This document shows, piece by piece, positions 49,162 to 59,326 of a stretch of DNA of 64,000 nucleotides. The notes beneath the pieces are model-generated. The model was given only the letters and a program-made list of their open reading frames with translations, had not been told where the DNA came from and did not search any database. This DNA is from Anaerolineae bacterium (GTDB lineage Bacteria; Chloroflexota; Anaerolineae; UBA1429), in NCBI GenBank assembly GCA_963675785.1, contig OY776562.1, positions 1,376,001 through 1,440,000 on the forward strand, written 5' to 3'. Each line of letters starts with the position of its first letter. The stretch's first letter is position 1. The translations under genes and the position numbers were made by a program.

Positions 49162-50787
49162 CTATTGACTCTCTACAAAAACCAGGGCCGCCTCGTAGCG
49201 TGCTTCCACCTGTTCTTTCAACTCTTCGATCTCATTCTCAAAGGCTGTCGTGCTGCCCTCTTCTTGTTCAACATAAGGCTCAATCAGCGCGGCATAGTAC
49301 GCGTAAATCTCACTCATTCGCTCTGGGTTGAACACCTCTTCGGCCACCTCGCGCACATCCACCACATATTGTGCTTGATACACCGGATCATCCATCAGAT
49401 AGCGAATCAGCGGCCATTGGTCACTCACCGAATCCAAATCAAGGGACAATGAAGAGCCGTTCGGCCCGCTGTTGGCCGACATGGCCTCGTTGTTGTCCCA
49501 CGGTATCCAGGTGAGCAGTCCTGTTGAGGGATCGTTGTACAGATAATAATTGTGGCTCATCTTGCCATAGGTATCCCAGTTTTGTATCAGCGTGTTGGTG
49601 GCCAAATAGCGCAGAAACTCGTCCACATCGAACACCGCCTCCAGCCCCTCACGCCAGGCCGCCGCGTCAGTCGTGCGCGTATCCGCATGGAGCGCCGCAT
49701 ACAAAGCCTCGATGTCGCTGTAATCAGCCTCGTCCTGGTTGGTTTCCTTGTCGAAATCCTCTTCGTTGAACGTCCCCTCGGCCAATGTTGCACCATCACC
49801 CGTGGGTTTATATACATTGCCAGAATCATCCTCGAACTGGGTTTCGATTACCGTGTCGTCCACCACTTCCACCATGGTGTAAAGCCCCCAGTACTCGGCG
49901 CCATCGCCGTGATCCACATAGACTGCATAATAAGCCGTATACGCCGCGGGTACACCGGCATCGCGAAACACATCCGCCGCCACTTTTTCTCGCAAATAGG
50001 AATCATCCTTATAACAAGGTGAAAGAGTGAGCTGCTTGAACCCGTAAAAACGCTGATCGTCGATCGTAGGATAAACGTCCTCAAACTCGTCGAAATCCAG
50101 CTTGAGCGGGAACTTGGTACTACTCGATGACCAAATGCTCTTCAGGCTTGAATTCCCCTTGAATCGTACGCCCACATATTCCCAGGTGTTGTTCTCAAAG
50201 GTGATGGTACAGGTCACCCAGTCTGTATTCTCAGAAAGGTCATCCATCACACCACCATCGTTGCCCCCGCCGCTCTGCCCAGGGTTCTGCGTCAGTGCCA
50301 CGCTGGTTTTGGTCCCAGTGGCAACTATCGCCTCATCGTCCTCAGTATCGAGCAAGGCCCCCGGGCGATTCCTTCCACTGCTACCACTACCCTGCTCACC
50401 ATAGAGCTCCTCCATGTTGCCCAGCAGCGATTGCCAACTCTCGGCATCGATGGTAATGAGGATCTCATTCACGGCATCCTGCGGAAACACCACATCATAG
50501 TCGGGGTCAACATCGTTGCTGTGCGATGCCTCCGTCCATCCCGCCGGGCGCTCCACCTCATCCGAATCGGTTATCTCATCGATCTCGCTAGCATCGTCAA
50601 CAGCAGAGGTGGTTATCACGGTTGGCACAGCAGTGCTGGTAGCCGCAGAAACGGCAACCGCCTCTGTCGTAGAGGCGGTGCCATCACTATCTATAGGGGT
50701 TGCGCAGGCTAGCACCTGAGACATCACAAGTAACAGCGCGATGACGGGCCCCAGTCGGCCAAACGGCTTTTTCGTGATTCTAGTCAT
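49162..50787 (-). CDS. CotH kinase-family lipoprotein
   Basis: VGVRFKGNSS, LKLDFD, D.SYLRE, GLY..VE, NWD.Y....HNYYLY, WIPWD; lipobox VLAC; start uncertain (50787-50796). Confidence 0.9.
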   Translation of the reverse strand: MTRITKKPFGRLGPVIALLLVMSQVLACATPIDSDGTASTTEAVAVSAATSTAVPTVITTSAVDDASEIDEITDSDEVERPAGWTEASHSNDVDPDYDVVFPQDAVNEILITIDAESWQSLLGNMEELYGEQGSGSSGRNRPGALLDTEDDEAIVATGTKTSVALTQNPGQSGGGNDGGVMDDLSENTDWVTCTITFENNTWEYVGVRFKGNSSLKSIWSSSSTKFPLKLDFDEFEDVYPTIDDQRFYGFKQLTLSPCYKDDSYLREKVAADVFRDAGVPAAYTAYYAVYVDHGDGAEYWGLYTMVEVVDDTVIETQFEDDSGNVYKPTGDGATLAEGTFNEEDFDKETNQDEADYSDIEALYAALHADTRTTDAAAWREGLEAVFDVDEFLRYLATNTLIQNWDTYGKMSHNYYLYNDPSTGLLTWIPWDNNEAMSANSGPNGSSLSLDLDSVSDQWPLIRYLMDDPVYQAQYVVDVREVAEEVFNPERMSEIYAYYAALIEPYVEQEEGSTTAFENEIEELKEQVEARYEAALVFVESQ

Positions 50788-51406
50788 CGTCATCATCGGA
50801 TTTAGCGACCATGTCGGGGCTAGTTTCATCCCATGTATCCGTGGGGTTGTCGTAATACACCGTCACCTTGGCAGTATCGTGCATAAAGTCCACCGCCCCA
50901 ATCTCCACACGGGCAATATTGAGCCCCGTGCGCATCCGCAGATCGGCGACAAGCTCAGCTCGTCGTTCGGGAACAATCAACTCGATGCGCTCATAGGTGA
51001 TGTTCTTCTTGCACTCGAACTTGAATCCCCATTCTTTCTCCAGCGCATAAATAACAACCAGCAGCAGAGCATTTGCCCCAATGATCTCAGCCCACAAGCC
51101 CTCGGTATTCAAGCCAGAGGCGTTGATGATGGGCAGAGAGATCACTACAAACAAGTAGGTCATCTCCCGAATGGGAATGGGATCGGTGCGATAGCGCAGC
51201 ACGCCAAAGATGGCAAAAAGCCCAAACCCCACACCCACACTCAGATCGGTAGATCCCATAAAGGTCAAGATGAAAAAGATGACACTGCTGAACGAGATAA
51301 AGCTAAACACATAGCCCTTGTTATGGTTCGCCGGATAATAGATGAGCCGCACCAGAACAATAGTAGATACAAGGTTCACCAAGAAACAAAGCAAGAATTG
51401 GCTCAT
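50780..51406 (-). CDS. DUF4956 membrane protein
   Basis: GFGLFAIFGVLRYRTDP..IREMTYLF, DL..RTGL.I..VEIG.VDF. Confidence 0.88.
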   Translation of the reverse strand: MSQFLLCFLVNLVSTIVLVRLIYYPANHNKGYVFSFISFSSVIFFILTFMGSTDLSVGVGFGLFAIFGVLRYRTDPIPIREMTYLFVVISLPIINASGLNTEGLWAEIIGANALLLVVIYALEKEWGFKFECKKNITYERIELIVPERRAELVADLRMRTGLNIARVEIGAVDFMHDTAKVTVYYDNPTDTWDETSPDMVAKSDDDDD

Positions 51407-51414
51407 GATTTCTC

Positions 51415-52191
51415 CTAATTCGTAATCCGGCTGACAGCCGTAAGACTGGGTTTAAACCGATTGCTCTTGACCGGGTAGAGCAAACTGGTGCCGATGCAGT
51501 ACTTGGAAAAACTCATCGGGTGGTACCCCAGTTTCCTCAAGGCGCTGACAAAAGGAGAATCCTTATGGCGTTCGACTTGCTTGACCTCGGCAATTGCTAC
51601 TCCACCCAATTCTAGGGTCTCTGAAAAATCATAGGGACGGTAGTCTAGGTCAATATCCAGCGTAATCCGCTCCTGATACTGGCTGTTCACTAGTGTAATC
51701 CGCGTAAAGCTGTTCCACAGCTTGGGCTCCAAAGGATCTACCCCAAGCGGAAGGCGGCTCTTCACAAAAGAGTTGCTCTCATCATCCAACACAATCGCAT
51801 CAGCCGGCTGCCTGGACTTGCAAGTGCGCCCGAGCGGCGTCTTGTGCTTGATCTCGATAAAGGAGAGCTGATTGGCCAAATATTCACGCGTGCGAACCTT
51901 GTAGCGGTTGGACGCGCCATTGTGATGCTGCCGGTAAAAATAGAACGAGTCCGTATCGTAATAAAGGTTGCAATAGGGATTGAGCCGGTAGCCGTTGACC
52001 TCCAACACGGAATAGTCAGCTTGAACCACCGATAGCGTATCAAGCAGCGCGGCTTGTGATAGGACATACTTGGTATCAACGCGATCCATCAGGCCGGCAC
52101 TCTGGTTCACGTCAGAGAGGCTGATGGGCTTGAATTGAGCCACAAGATCCTGAATTCGTTGTGTTGCAGCATAGTTTGGGTACGTCGTCAT
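51415..52191 (-). CDS. VTC (polyphosphate polymerase-like, CYTH fold) domain protein
   Basis: R.DTKY, LYYDT, RYKVR.REY, FIEIK.K, ERITLD.DL, IAEVK, FSKYC. Confidence 0.9.
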   Translation of the reverse strand: MTTYPNYAATQRIQDLVAQFKPISLSDVNQSAGLMDRVDTKYVLSQAALLDTLSVVQADYSVLEVNGYRLNPYCNLYYDTDSFYFYRQHHNGASNRYKVRTREYLANQLSFIEIKHKTPLGRTCKSRQPADAIVLDDESNSFVKSRLPLGVDPLEPKLWNSFTRITLVNSQYQERITLDIDLDYRPYDFSETLELGGVAIAEVKQVERHKDSPFVSALRKLGYHPMSFSKYCIGTSLLYPVKSNRFKPSLTAVSRITN

Positions 52192-52476
52192 TTTGGTCCC
52201 CCGCTTTGAACTCCACACAACCATTGTAACCACCGATTGTTGGCCATGTGTTTCTCATTTGTTTAGATTTAGTTGGATAGCGGGGTCAAAATGGGTTTGT
52301 TGAGAGAGAAAAGGAGAATTTTTCTGGCAAGGTCAGGCAAGTCGCTGCTGGTTCTGAGGGGTAATATGCACTTGGCTATCCGCGAATAGCGGAACTGCGC
52401 CATGCAGAAAAGAAGGTGGTGACAGTCTTTTGAACTGTCACCACCCCGAGTACTTACTTGATCCTTGACACAACAA

Positions 52477-54531
52477 CTATGCGCCGTGCTCCTCTGGATT
52501 GTCCCAGTAGAATTGTTGGGGATTCTGCAGCTCCTCATCTTCGACTGGATCATCATAAGGCACACCATCAATGAAATTGGTAAGGCCGTTTTTGACGATA
52601 ACGAGCTGAGGCAGCTGTCCCAGCAAACCAATTGCTGGTAGTTCCTCGATCCAAATGTCCAAGATCTGCTTAAAAAGGGCATTCTGTGTATCAGAATCTG
52701 CTTCAACCTGGATTTGCTCAGACAGATCCCAAACATCCCAAATCCAGTGCCCCTCGGGAGGCTCTTCAGCGTTAGGGTCGGTGGGATCGCTATACCACAT
52801 CGTCCAGGCCCCTGCCCACGGGCGATAGACTGCAACGCCATAGACATCGGCAGTAAAGTTGCCAGTAGCAGCCAATGGCAGCACAGTGCGATCCATGGAC
52901 CAGTTGTTGACTTCGAGCTCGTTGGCTTGGCAATGCTCATAGAAAAGAGAACGTTCGGCATATTTGTACTGCGCCTTGATGCCTACTACGGACAGATACT
53001 GAATGGCCATCTGTGCCGCATCCTCGTTGGGATCACCCGTCTCATAGAACATCTCGATGGTAAAGCTGATAGGACCAGAACCATCCTTGTAGAGCCGATA
53101 GCCTTCATCATCCTTGGTGGTGTACCCAAGACCATCCAAGAGTTCGTTGGCTTTGTCCGGGTCATAATCGAGGTAACTGTTGGATAATTCGGGATAATAG
53201 TTCGGAGAACCCTCGATAGGACTGAACTGTCGCGGTGTGCCCAAGCCGTTGAACGCCAGTTCGTTGATTGATTCTCGATCCATCGCGTAGGACATGGCAA
53301 TACGAGCATCACGCTCCATAAAGAACTCGCGCAACTGGAGGTTCTTGCAAGTCATGTTTGGTATGAGGATCGGGTGACCAGCACTGAGCAATTGTCCTGT
53401 AGTGTATTCTCCGCTTTCTTCATTTTCTTTGAAAAGCGTATAGTTGCCAACCTCAGTATGCCTCGCCTGATAGTCAATCTCTCCATTGACAATCCACATG
53501 TTGAACACATCAGCGGATTCGAACAATCGATGATTGACCGTATCGATATAAGGCAATTGCTGACCTGCTTCATCCACTTGCCAGAAATAAGGATTTCGGC
53601 TCATGGTAAAGAGTTCGTCCTGCATCGAGTTGTCCATCTTCCAGACGTAGAGCACCGGCACTTCGGGATTTAGCAACCAGTTCACACGATCGGCATAGTA
53701 GAGATCCCAGGTAGAGAATCCCGCAGCAGTCGCCGTAGCAGTTGCCACGTCCTCACCAATGAAATCGGGGTGGAATTGCTCGTAATAATGGCTTGGAACA
53801 AAGGGCAAGTTGCGAGTCAGCTCGTATACGAGCAAAGGCTTGGGCTCACCATATTTGAGAACGATTGTAAAGTCATCAGGCGTCTCGAGTTCTGCAGCCT
53901 GTCTAGGAGTGCCCCACCCCCACCTCTCGATCATAGCAGGTGTAAGCACTTCGTTCCCCAAAACATGATCCCAATACCAGCGCGCTGCCGCCGAAGTCAA
54001 AGGTTCGCCATCAGACCATCGGGTGCCTTTGCGGAGATAAATGGTCCATTCACTGCCGTCGTCGCTGATCTCCCAAGATTCGGCCAAATTGGTACGTATA
54101 CTTAGATCGAGATTGAACCACAAGAGCCCCTCATTACTCAGCTTCGTGGGGCCGTTGCCGTCGGATACACCTTTGAAAGCACGGCGGAGCACACCACCAT
54201 ATTGGCCCACAGATTCGTTCACCGGGCAAACACAAGGGTTCTCTGGAAGTCGCTCACTGACGGGCGGCAAATCACCAGAAGCAACCAACTCTGCCAGCAT
54301 TGGTGATTCAGAATAAGCAACTACGCTAGCCGTAGGCTCAACAACGGCCGTAGCTTCTGGCGCACTAGTCGCTTCTGGCGCTGATGTCGCCGCAGATGCG
54401 CTAGTAGCTGTTGGTGCGACAGTAGCGGTAGGTTCAGGTGTGGCCGTAGCTTCAGTACAAGCTGCTGCCACAGTCGCAGCCGTTACGAGCGCACTTACGC
54501 GCACAAACTCTCTACGAGTTATTTGTCTCAT
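52477..54531 (-). CDS. ABC transporter substrate-binding protein (family 5), Tat-type lipoprotein
   Basis: ITRREFV + AAAC, ESPML..LV..G.LPPV.ERLP..P, LRKG.RWSDG.P.T, RNPYFW.VD..G.QLPYID. Confidence 0.92.
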   Translation of the reverse strand: MRQITRREFVRVSALVTAATVAAACTEATATPEPTATVAPTATSASAATSAPEATSAPEATAVVEPTASVVAYSESPMLAELVASGDLPPVSERLPENPCVCPVNESVGQYGGVLRRAFKGVSDGNGPTKLSNEGLLWFNLDLSIRTNLAESWEISDDGSEWTIYLRKGTRWSDGEPLTSAAARWYWDHVLGNEVLTPAMIERWGWGTPRQAAELETPDDFTIVLKYGEPKPLLVYELTRNLPFVPSHYYEQFHPDFIGEDVATATATAAGFSTWDLYYADRVNWLLNPEVPVLYVWKMDNSMQDELFTMSRNPYFWQVDEAGQQLPYIDTVNHRLFESADVFNMWIVNGEIDYQARHTEVGNYTLFKENEESGEYTTGQLLSAGHPILIPNMTCKNLQLREFFMERDARIAMSYAMDRESINELAFNGLGTPRQFSPIEGSPNYYPELSNSYLDYDPDKANELLDGLGYTTKDDEGYRLYKDGSGPISFTIEMFYETGDPNEDAAQMAIQYLSVVGIKAQYKYAERSLFYEHCQANELEVNNWSMDRTVLPLAATGNFTADVYGVAVYRPWAGAWTMWYSDPTDPNAEEPPEGHWIWDVWDLSEQIQVEADSDTQNALFKQILDIWIEELPAIGLLGQLPQLVIVKNGLTNFIDGVPYDDPVEDEELQNPQQFYWDNPEEHGA

Positions 54532-54649
54532 TTACCCTTCTCCTCCTTCTTCTGATCACTGCGCTACTCCAATAGTAGCGGCGCGAATCAGAAGGACTGA
54601 ACAAAACCTGCTACTCTGTAATACTCCTCACCCCCTTTACTATGGCGAA

Positions 54650-56086
54650 TCAGTGGTGTACTTGCACGTCAAAGCCAGCTACCTCGCCGAGATCTTTGAC
54701 CTCTTCCACATGATCGCCGTACACAACCGCCAGATGGTGTCCGTAACATCCCTTGGCAAGCGCCTGACGAAACTCGCGGACGCCCCCTTCAACTCGGTAA
54801 AAGATTGCCGGGCTGCAATAGGTTTCTCTGAATTCGCAACCAAGGATCTCTGCACGTGCGACAATCATGCTGTCGCCACGGCGATTGAAACGCCCCATTG
54901 TCACGACCTTTGTATCCCTTGCGGCCATGTCCACTTGGACTTTGGTTCCCCAGCCTTCTTGCGTAAAGTGCCCCAGGAAATAAGGCATTTCAGGCTGCTC
55001 AAAACCTTCCATCTTGAGACCTGGGACAGCATGATGAATCTCTAGAATATCTTTATCGCAAAGCTGATCCAGATCAGACATACCCATCTGTTTTAGGGTT
55101 CTGGTGCCCTTGGGAACAAGCATTGGGTTGCCCATAAATACGGATTGTTCCGTTAGGTACATCAAAACCATTGTCGCCATGAGGACATTGAGGTCCTCTT
55201 CACAAGAAGATGGAATCCTGTCATCTTTTAGGAGAGAATGTGTAAGGCAAGGCGTGCACTTGGTCTGCATCGGATATCGAGAAGCACATAGCTCTTTGCA
55301 TGAAGTAGTAAAGGCGTTGCATCCGAACTTTTCCATCAGAGCCCTTACTGCTTCATAATACCTGACATCTTGCTGTATCCACTCCGCCTTGATACGGCTC
55401 TCCGTTGCTCCATTGACCAGGTTTTCAACCATACTGAGTGTATCGCTGGTCGCTTCCATCTTTTCCATTTGGTCAAAGACGTTGCGAAAAGTCATGCGGT
55501 TGTTGCGAATTCCGTATCTTTGATACAAGCCGTACAGGTCAGGGATGCTGCTGTTCACGCTGGCTGGAATCTGCTCCGTAGCCGAAAGAATGAGAATCTT
55601 GGTGTTGGCAATCGCTTTGCGCACCTGAAGCAGCTTGATCAGCTGATTGAATTCCTCATAATCATGCGCCATATAGGCTTCTGATCCCGTATCGCGATAA
55701 AAAGCGACGAGATCGATGGGGGTAGGCCCCAGATTGATCATCGAGATCGGCTTATGAAAGCGCTCGATCCCCGGCACGCGATAGGTGATGAGGTATAGAT
55801 CTACCTCAGGGGCATCCTTTGCCAGCTTTTCGAATTCGCTCTCAAGTACAACAAAAGTCTCGTCGAATTCTATATAAGCAGGCTCCATCAGGTTGGCATA
55901 CTTGCATAGGTTATCGCGCAGTTCTCGCGTCCATATGGCAAAATGTTCCTTGCCAGCCCTGATCTCATAAGATGGGGAAAGCTGCTCAGGCGTACCAACA
56001 CGGCACGGCCCCTCCCAAACACCAGAGTGCACCATGTTGCTGAACACGGGTTTGACGTTAACCTTGACATCCATGGCATGCAGCAT
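54650..56086 (-). CDS. L-fucose/L-arabinose isomerase-fold protein, Cys-rich
   Basis: Y.A...L.EK.GCNAF, CEED, FMGNP, VT..R, GHH.AVVYGD. Confidence 0.72.
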   Translation of the reverse strand: MLHAMDVKVNVKPVFSNMVHSGVWEGPCRVGTPEQLSPSYEIRAGKEHFAIWTRELRDNLCKYANLMEPAYIEFDETFVVLESEFEKLAKDAPEVDLYLITYRVPGIERFHKPISMINLGPTPIDLVAFYRDTGSEAYMAHDYEEFNQLIKLLQVRKAIANTKILILSATEQIPASVNSSIPDLYGLYQRYGIRNNRMTFRNVFDQMEKMEATSDTLSMVENLVNGATESRIKAEWIQQDVRYYEAVRALMEKFGCNAFTTSCKELCASRYPMQTKCTPCLTHSLLKDDRIPSSCEEDLNVLMATMVLMYLTEQSVFMGNPMLVPKGTRTLKQMGMSDLDQLCDKDILEIHHAVPGLKMEGFEQPEMPYFLGHFTQEGWGTKVQVDMAARDTKVVTMGRFNRRGDSMIVARAEILGCEFRETYCSPAIFYRVEGGVREFRQALAKGCYGHHLAVVYGDHVEEVKDLGEVAGFDVQVHH

Positions 56087-56170
56087 AACGATCGTTCCTC
56101 CTCAATCACATGATTATTCTATAGTCATAAAGCCAGAATTTTTGCGGTTTCTCATGCAATAAGTTTGCAT

Positions 56171-56593
56171 TTATTCAGATTTATCGAGTTGTTTTAGCGC
56201 ATACGCTCGAATCTCCTCTGCTATCTTGCCCAATCCAATGCGGCGCTCCCCTAAAAGCTGGCCGAGCCCTATCTCATCCAGAAACCACATCGATGTACTT
56301 AGAACCTCTTCGGGTTTCCTTCCACTGAAGAGCTCAGCGATCATGCCAGCGAGTCCTTTTACAATGAGGGCATCACTATCGCAGCGCACTTTTACAAGCC
56401 CGGCCTCCATAGTGATGTCTACCCACAAGTTGGATTGACAACCTTGGATGCGGTTTGCGTCCTGACGAATCTGCTCGTCGAAAGCAGCCCCCTCTGACAA
56501 TGCTCTGTTGAGCAAATAGTCATAGCGGTCTAGCTCGTCTCCAAGCATGGAAAAAAGATGTACGTATTCCTCCTGTTGCTCATCTAGTGTCAT
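56171..56593 (-). CDS. sufE: SufE sulfur-acceptor protein
   Basis: I.GCQS.LW, DSDALIVKGL, FSG..PEE, R..G. Confidence 0.93.
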   Translation of the reverse strand: MTLDEQQEEYVHLFSMLGDELDRYDYLLNRALSEGAAFDEQIRQDANRIQGCQSNLWVDITMEAGLVKVRCDSDALIVKGLAGMIAELFSGRKPEEVLSTSMWFLDEIGLGQLLGERRIGLGKIAEEIRAYALKQLDKSE

Positions 56594-57818
56594 GAGCTCT
56601 TCTTCCGTATTTGCCCAGTATCCACTCTAGCTCGTCACAAAGAGCATCAACCTCAGCGCGCGTATTGTAAAAGCAAAGAGACACCCTCACGGTGCCCTCT
56701 ACGCCCAGGCGCCGCATCACAAGCTGGGCACAGTGTTCGCCGCACCGCGTGGCAATCCCCCGTGCTCCCAAGAGTGTGCTGATATCAAAAGGATGCATCC
56801 CTTCCGCAACGAACGAGATAACAGGAACACAAGGTTGCTTTGCCCCAAACAAGCAGAGGCCGGGAATTTTCCCCAGGTGCTCCCGGGCATAAGCGGTCAG
56901 TTCTCTCTCACATCTTGCTATCCCCTCCAAACTAATATCTTGTAGATAGTGAATAGCTGCCTGAAGCCCCAGCACATCCGCAACGTTAGGCGTTCCCGCC
57001 TCGAACCTATGCGGCAGGCCCTGATAGCTGTTATCCAGCCATGCAGTCCCAAGTCGATCGATCATGTCTCCGCCGCTTTGGTAAGGGGCCATCCTTTCCA
57101 TGTAACTGCTTTTCCCATAGAGCACGCCCACACCCATAGGGCCATAGAGCTTGTGGCCAGAGAAGCAAAAGAAATCGCAATCCAGCTCTTGCACATTCGT
57201 CCGACCGTGTTGAATGCTCTGCGCTCCATCCACCAACACAGGCACACCTTTTTCATGGGCCAGACGAATGACCTCTTTGAGCGGCGGGATAATGCCTATG
57301 CTGTTCGAAGCGCCCGTAATCGCCACAATCGCCGTCTTTTCGTCCAGCACGTCTCGAAAGGCGGTCAGATCGAGGCCATCCTCACAGGTGAACGGAACCA
57401 GGCGTAACTGGCCTTGCTTCTTCCAACATGCCGCTTGCCAGGGTAAGAGATTCGAGTGATGCTCGAGCTCTGTGGCAATCACATTCCCGCCCGGTTTGAG
57501 AAAAACATCACAAAAACTAGAGGCTACCAAGTTCAAAGCCTCTGTGACGCCCTTGGTAAAAACGATCTCCTCTGACTGCGCAGCACCGATGAAATCACGC
57601 ACGCTTGCCCGGGCCGCCTCGTAGAGTTTGGTGGCCTCGGTGCTCTGCGGATAGGTTCCGCGATGGACGTTGGCGTTTTGCTCCGTATAGAATCGCACCA
57701 ACGCATCGATGACAGCTTGTGGCTTTTGCGTTGTCGCCGCGTTATCCAAATAGATCAACCGCTCGTTACTTTTTGCCAACAAAGGAAAATCCTGCCGGAT
57801 TTCATTCACATCGAACAT
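56580..57818 (-). CDS. sufS: SufS-type (group II) cysteine desulfurase
   Basis: YLDNAATTQKP, ANVHRG, EHHSN, VDGAQ, FSGHKLYGP, FEAGTPN, R.GEHCA. Confidence 0.93.
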   Translation of the reverse strand: MFDVNEIRQDFPLLAKSNERLIYLDNAATTQKPQAVIDALVRFYTEQNANVHRGTYPQSTEATKLYEAARASVRDFIGAAQSEEIVFTKGVTEALNLVASSFCDVFLKPGGNVIATELEHHSNLLPWQAACWKKQGQLRLVPFTCEDGLDLTAFRDVLDEKTAIVAITGASNSIGIIPPLKEVIRLAHEKGVPVLVDGAQSIQHGRTNVQELDCDFFCFSGHKLYGPMGVGVLYGKSSYMERMAPYQSGGDMIDRLGTAWLDNSYQGLPHRFEAGTPNVADVLGLQAAIHYLQDISLEGIARCERELTAYAREHLGKIPGLCLFGAKQPCVPVISFVAEGMHPFDISTLLGARGIATRCGEHCAQLVMRRLGVEGTVRVSLCFYNTRAEVDALCDELEWILGKYGRRAHDTR

Positions 57819-57824
57819 GCTTGA

Positions 57825-58244
57825 CTACTTTCGTTGAGCACAGTACGCTGGATACAGTTGGTCTACCAAGTCCTCGATCGTCACAATTTCTGCAGCCTTG
57901 TCGTCATCCAGCATTACATTCAACTGCCGCTCCACATTCATGATGAAGAGAACCTTCTTATCGAGGGCAGAGTTTGTCTCATGGCAGTCGTACTTTTCCA
58001 CACGCTCAATTGCCGCCGAATAATCCCCTGCATCTTTCGGGTGTATGTTCTGCTTTATGCTCAGAATCGCTAACCGGTAGAGATTGTTTTCTCCGGTATC
58101 TGCATCCAGCATGTACTTGGCCAGCAGATACCCCTTGAGATTGAGCAAGAACTCGGATTTGTCACCCGCGCCTAGCTGCAATCTATCCATGTACACCTGA
58201 GCCAATTGGTTGCTTTGCTTGATTCTCTCTGCATAGTCCGACAT
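57825..58244 (-). CDS. Hypothetical protein with acyl-carrier-protein-like C-terminus
   Basis: GAGGTG RBS; C-terminal FIMNVERQLNVMLDDDKAAEIVTIEDLVDQL resembles ACP helices II-IV. Confidence 0.75.
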   Translation of the reverse strand: MSDYAERIKQSNQLAQVYMDRLQLGAGDKSEFLLNLKGYLLAKYMLDADTGENNLYRLAILSIKQNIHPKDAGDYSAAIERVEKYDCHETNSALDKKVLFIMNVERQLNVMLDDDKAAEIVTIEDLVDQLYPAYCAQRK

Positions 58245-58424
58245 AATTCACCTCGTAAGAAACACCATGAACAAGGTAGCAGAGAACAAGAGGATTTTTC
58301 TGACTTTTTAGCCGATTTTCTTTGCGTTGTGTCGTGTCCATCAAAAGGCAAAACAATCTGGGATAGTCTGCTGTGACATCAGAGGCTCGCATAAGGGAAG
58401 TGACTGGAATCGAGGAGGAACACC

Positions 58425-59291
58425 TTGGAACTGGAATATGCCCAATTCAAACAAGAGCTAGAGGGCGATTTTACAATCGAGCACAAAATCACTGCTTCCC
58501 CGGATCAAAATTTCTTTCACATTCATGATCCCTTTGAGATAATGTTTGTGCTATCAGCGGGCGCTGTTTGCCTTGTTGCCGATAAAAAATACCCTGTACC
58601 ACAAAATAGTCTTCTCATCTTTAACAACATGGATCTGCACATGTTCCATCGCAATAAGACCTCCTGCTATGATAGATACATGCTATACTTTCGGCCTGAA
58701 TATATCGAAGATCTTTCCTCCGAACAGACCGATCTTCTGGAATGTTTCTTTTATCGCCCTTTCGAAGACGTCCATCTTGTGCCCCTCGATGAAAATGCTT
58801 CGGCCCAATTGATCCCCCTTCTAGAGCGCGTCTTGGAATGTCGGAATGCTCACGATGCTTCCTACGGGCAGGACCTGAGATTGCGCTTCCTTTTGGGAGA
58901 GCTCTTGCTCTTTGTCAATGAAGCTTACCGAGGCTACCACGGCATTTCCTCTGAAGGCACACCGAGTGACTACCGCCTCGTCTACCCCGTCATCAACTAC
59001 ATCCATCGCCATCTCACCGAAGACTTGACCCTGGATGTGCTCGCCCAAAACGTCTTTCTCAACAAGCACTACCTTTGCGCCCTCTTCAAGGGCGTTACTG
59101 GCATCTCGCCCAAGCAATACGTCATCAACTGTCGCATCATGAAGGCCAAAGAGCTTTTGAGCAAAGGAGTTTCCGTGGAAATGGTTGGCCGGTTGGTAGG
59201 CTATAACAACCTCTCCCATTTCAGCCGCTCCTTCAAACAGCACGCTGGCCTTAGCCCCAAGAAATACGCCATGCAGTTCGATTTAGACTAA
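58425..59291 (+). CDS. AraC-family transcriptional regulator (cupin + double HTH)
   Basis: FHIHD.FEI, YIH.HL.E.LTL..LA, FK..TG.SP..Y, GYNNLSHFSR.FK..G.SP..Y; divergent from suf operon. Confidence 0.93.
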   Translation: MELEYAQFKQELEGDFTIEHKITASPDQNFFHIHDPFEIMFVLSAGAVCLVADKKYPVPQNSLLIFNNMDLHMFHRNKTSCYDRYMLYFRPEYIEDLSSEQTDLLECFFYRPFEDVHLVPLDENASAQLIPLLERVLECRNAHDASYGQDLRLRFLLGELLLFVNEAYRGYHGISSEGTPSDYRLVYPVINYIHRHLTEDLTLDVLAQNVFLNKHYLCALFKGVTGISPKQYVINCRIMKAKELLSKGVSVEMVGRLVGYNNLSHFSRSFKQHAGLSPKKYAMQFDLD

Positions 59292-59326
59292 GTAACCCTT
59301 TTCGCCCTCTCTGCCTCACAAAATTA

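Noticed and set aside
56171-57818. DndA-type phosphorothioation or housekeeping SUF operon
   Set aside because: No dndBCDE/ssp or sufBCD genes adjacent; the context is sugar-related
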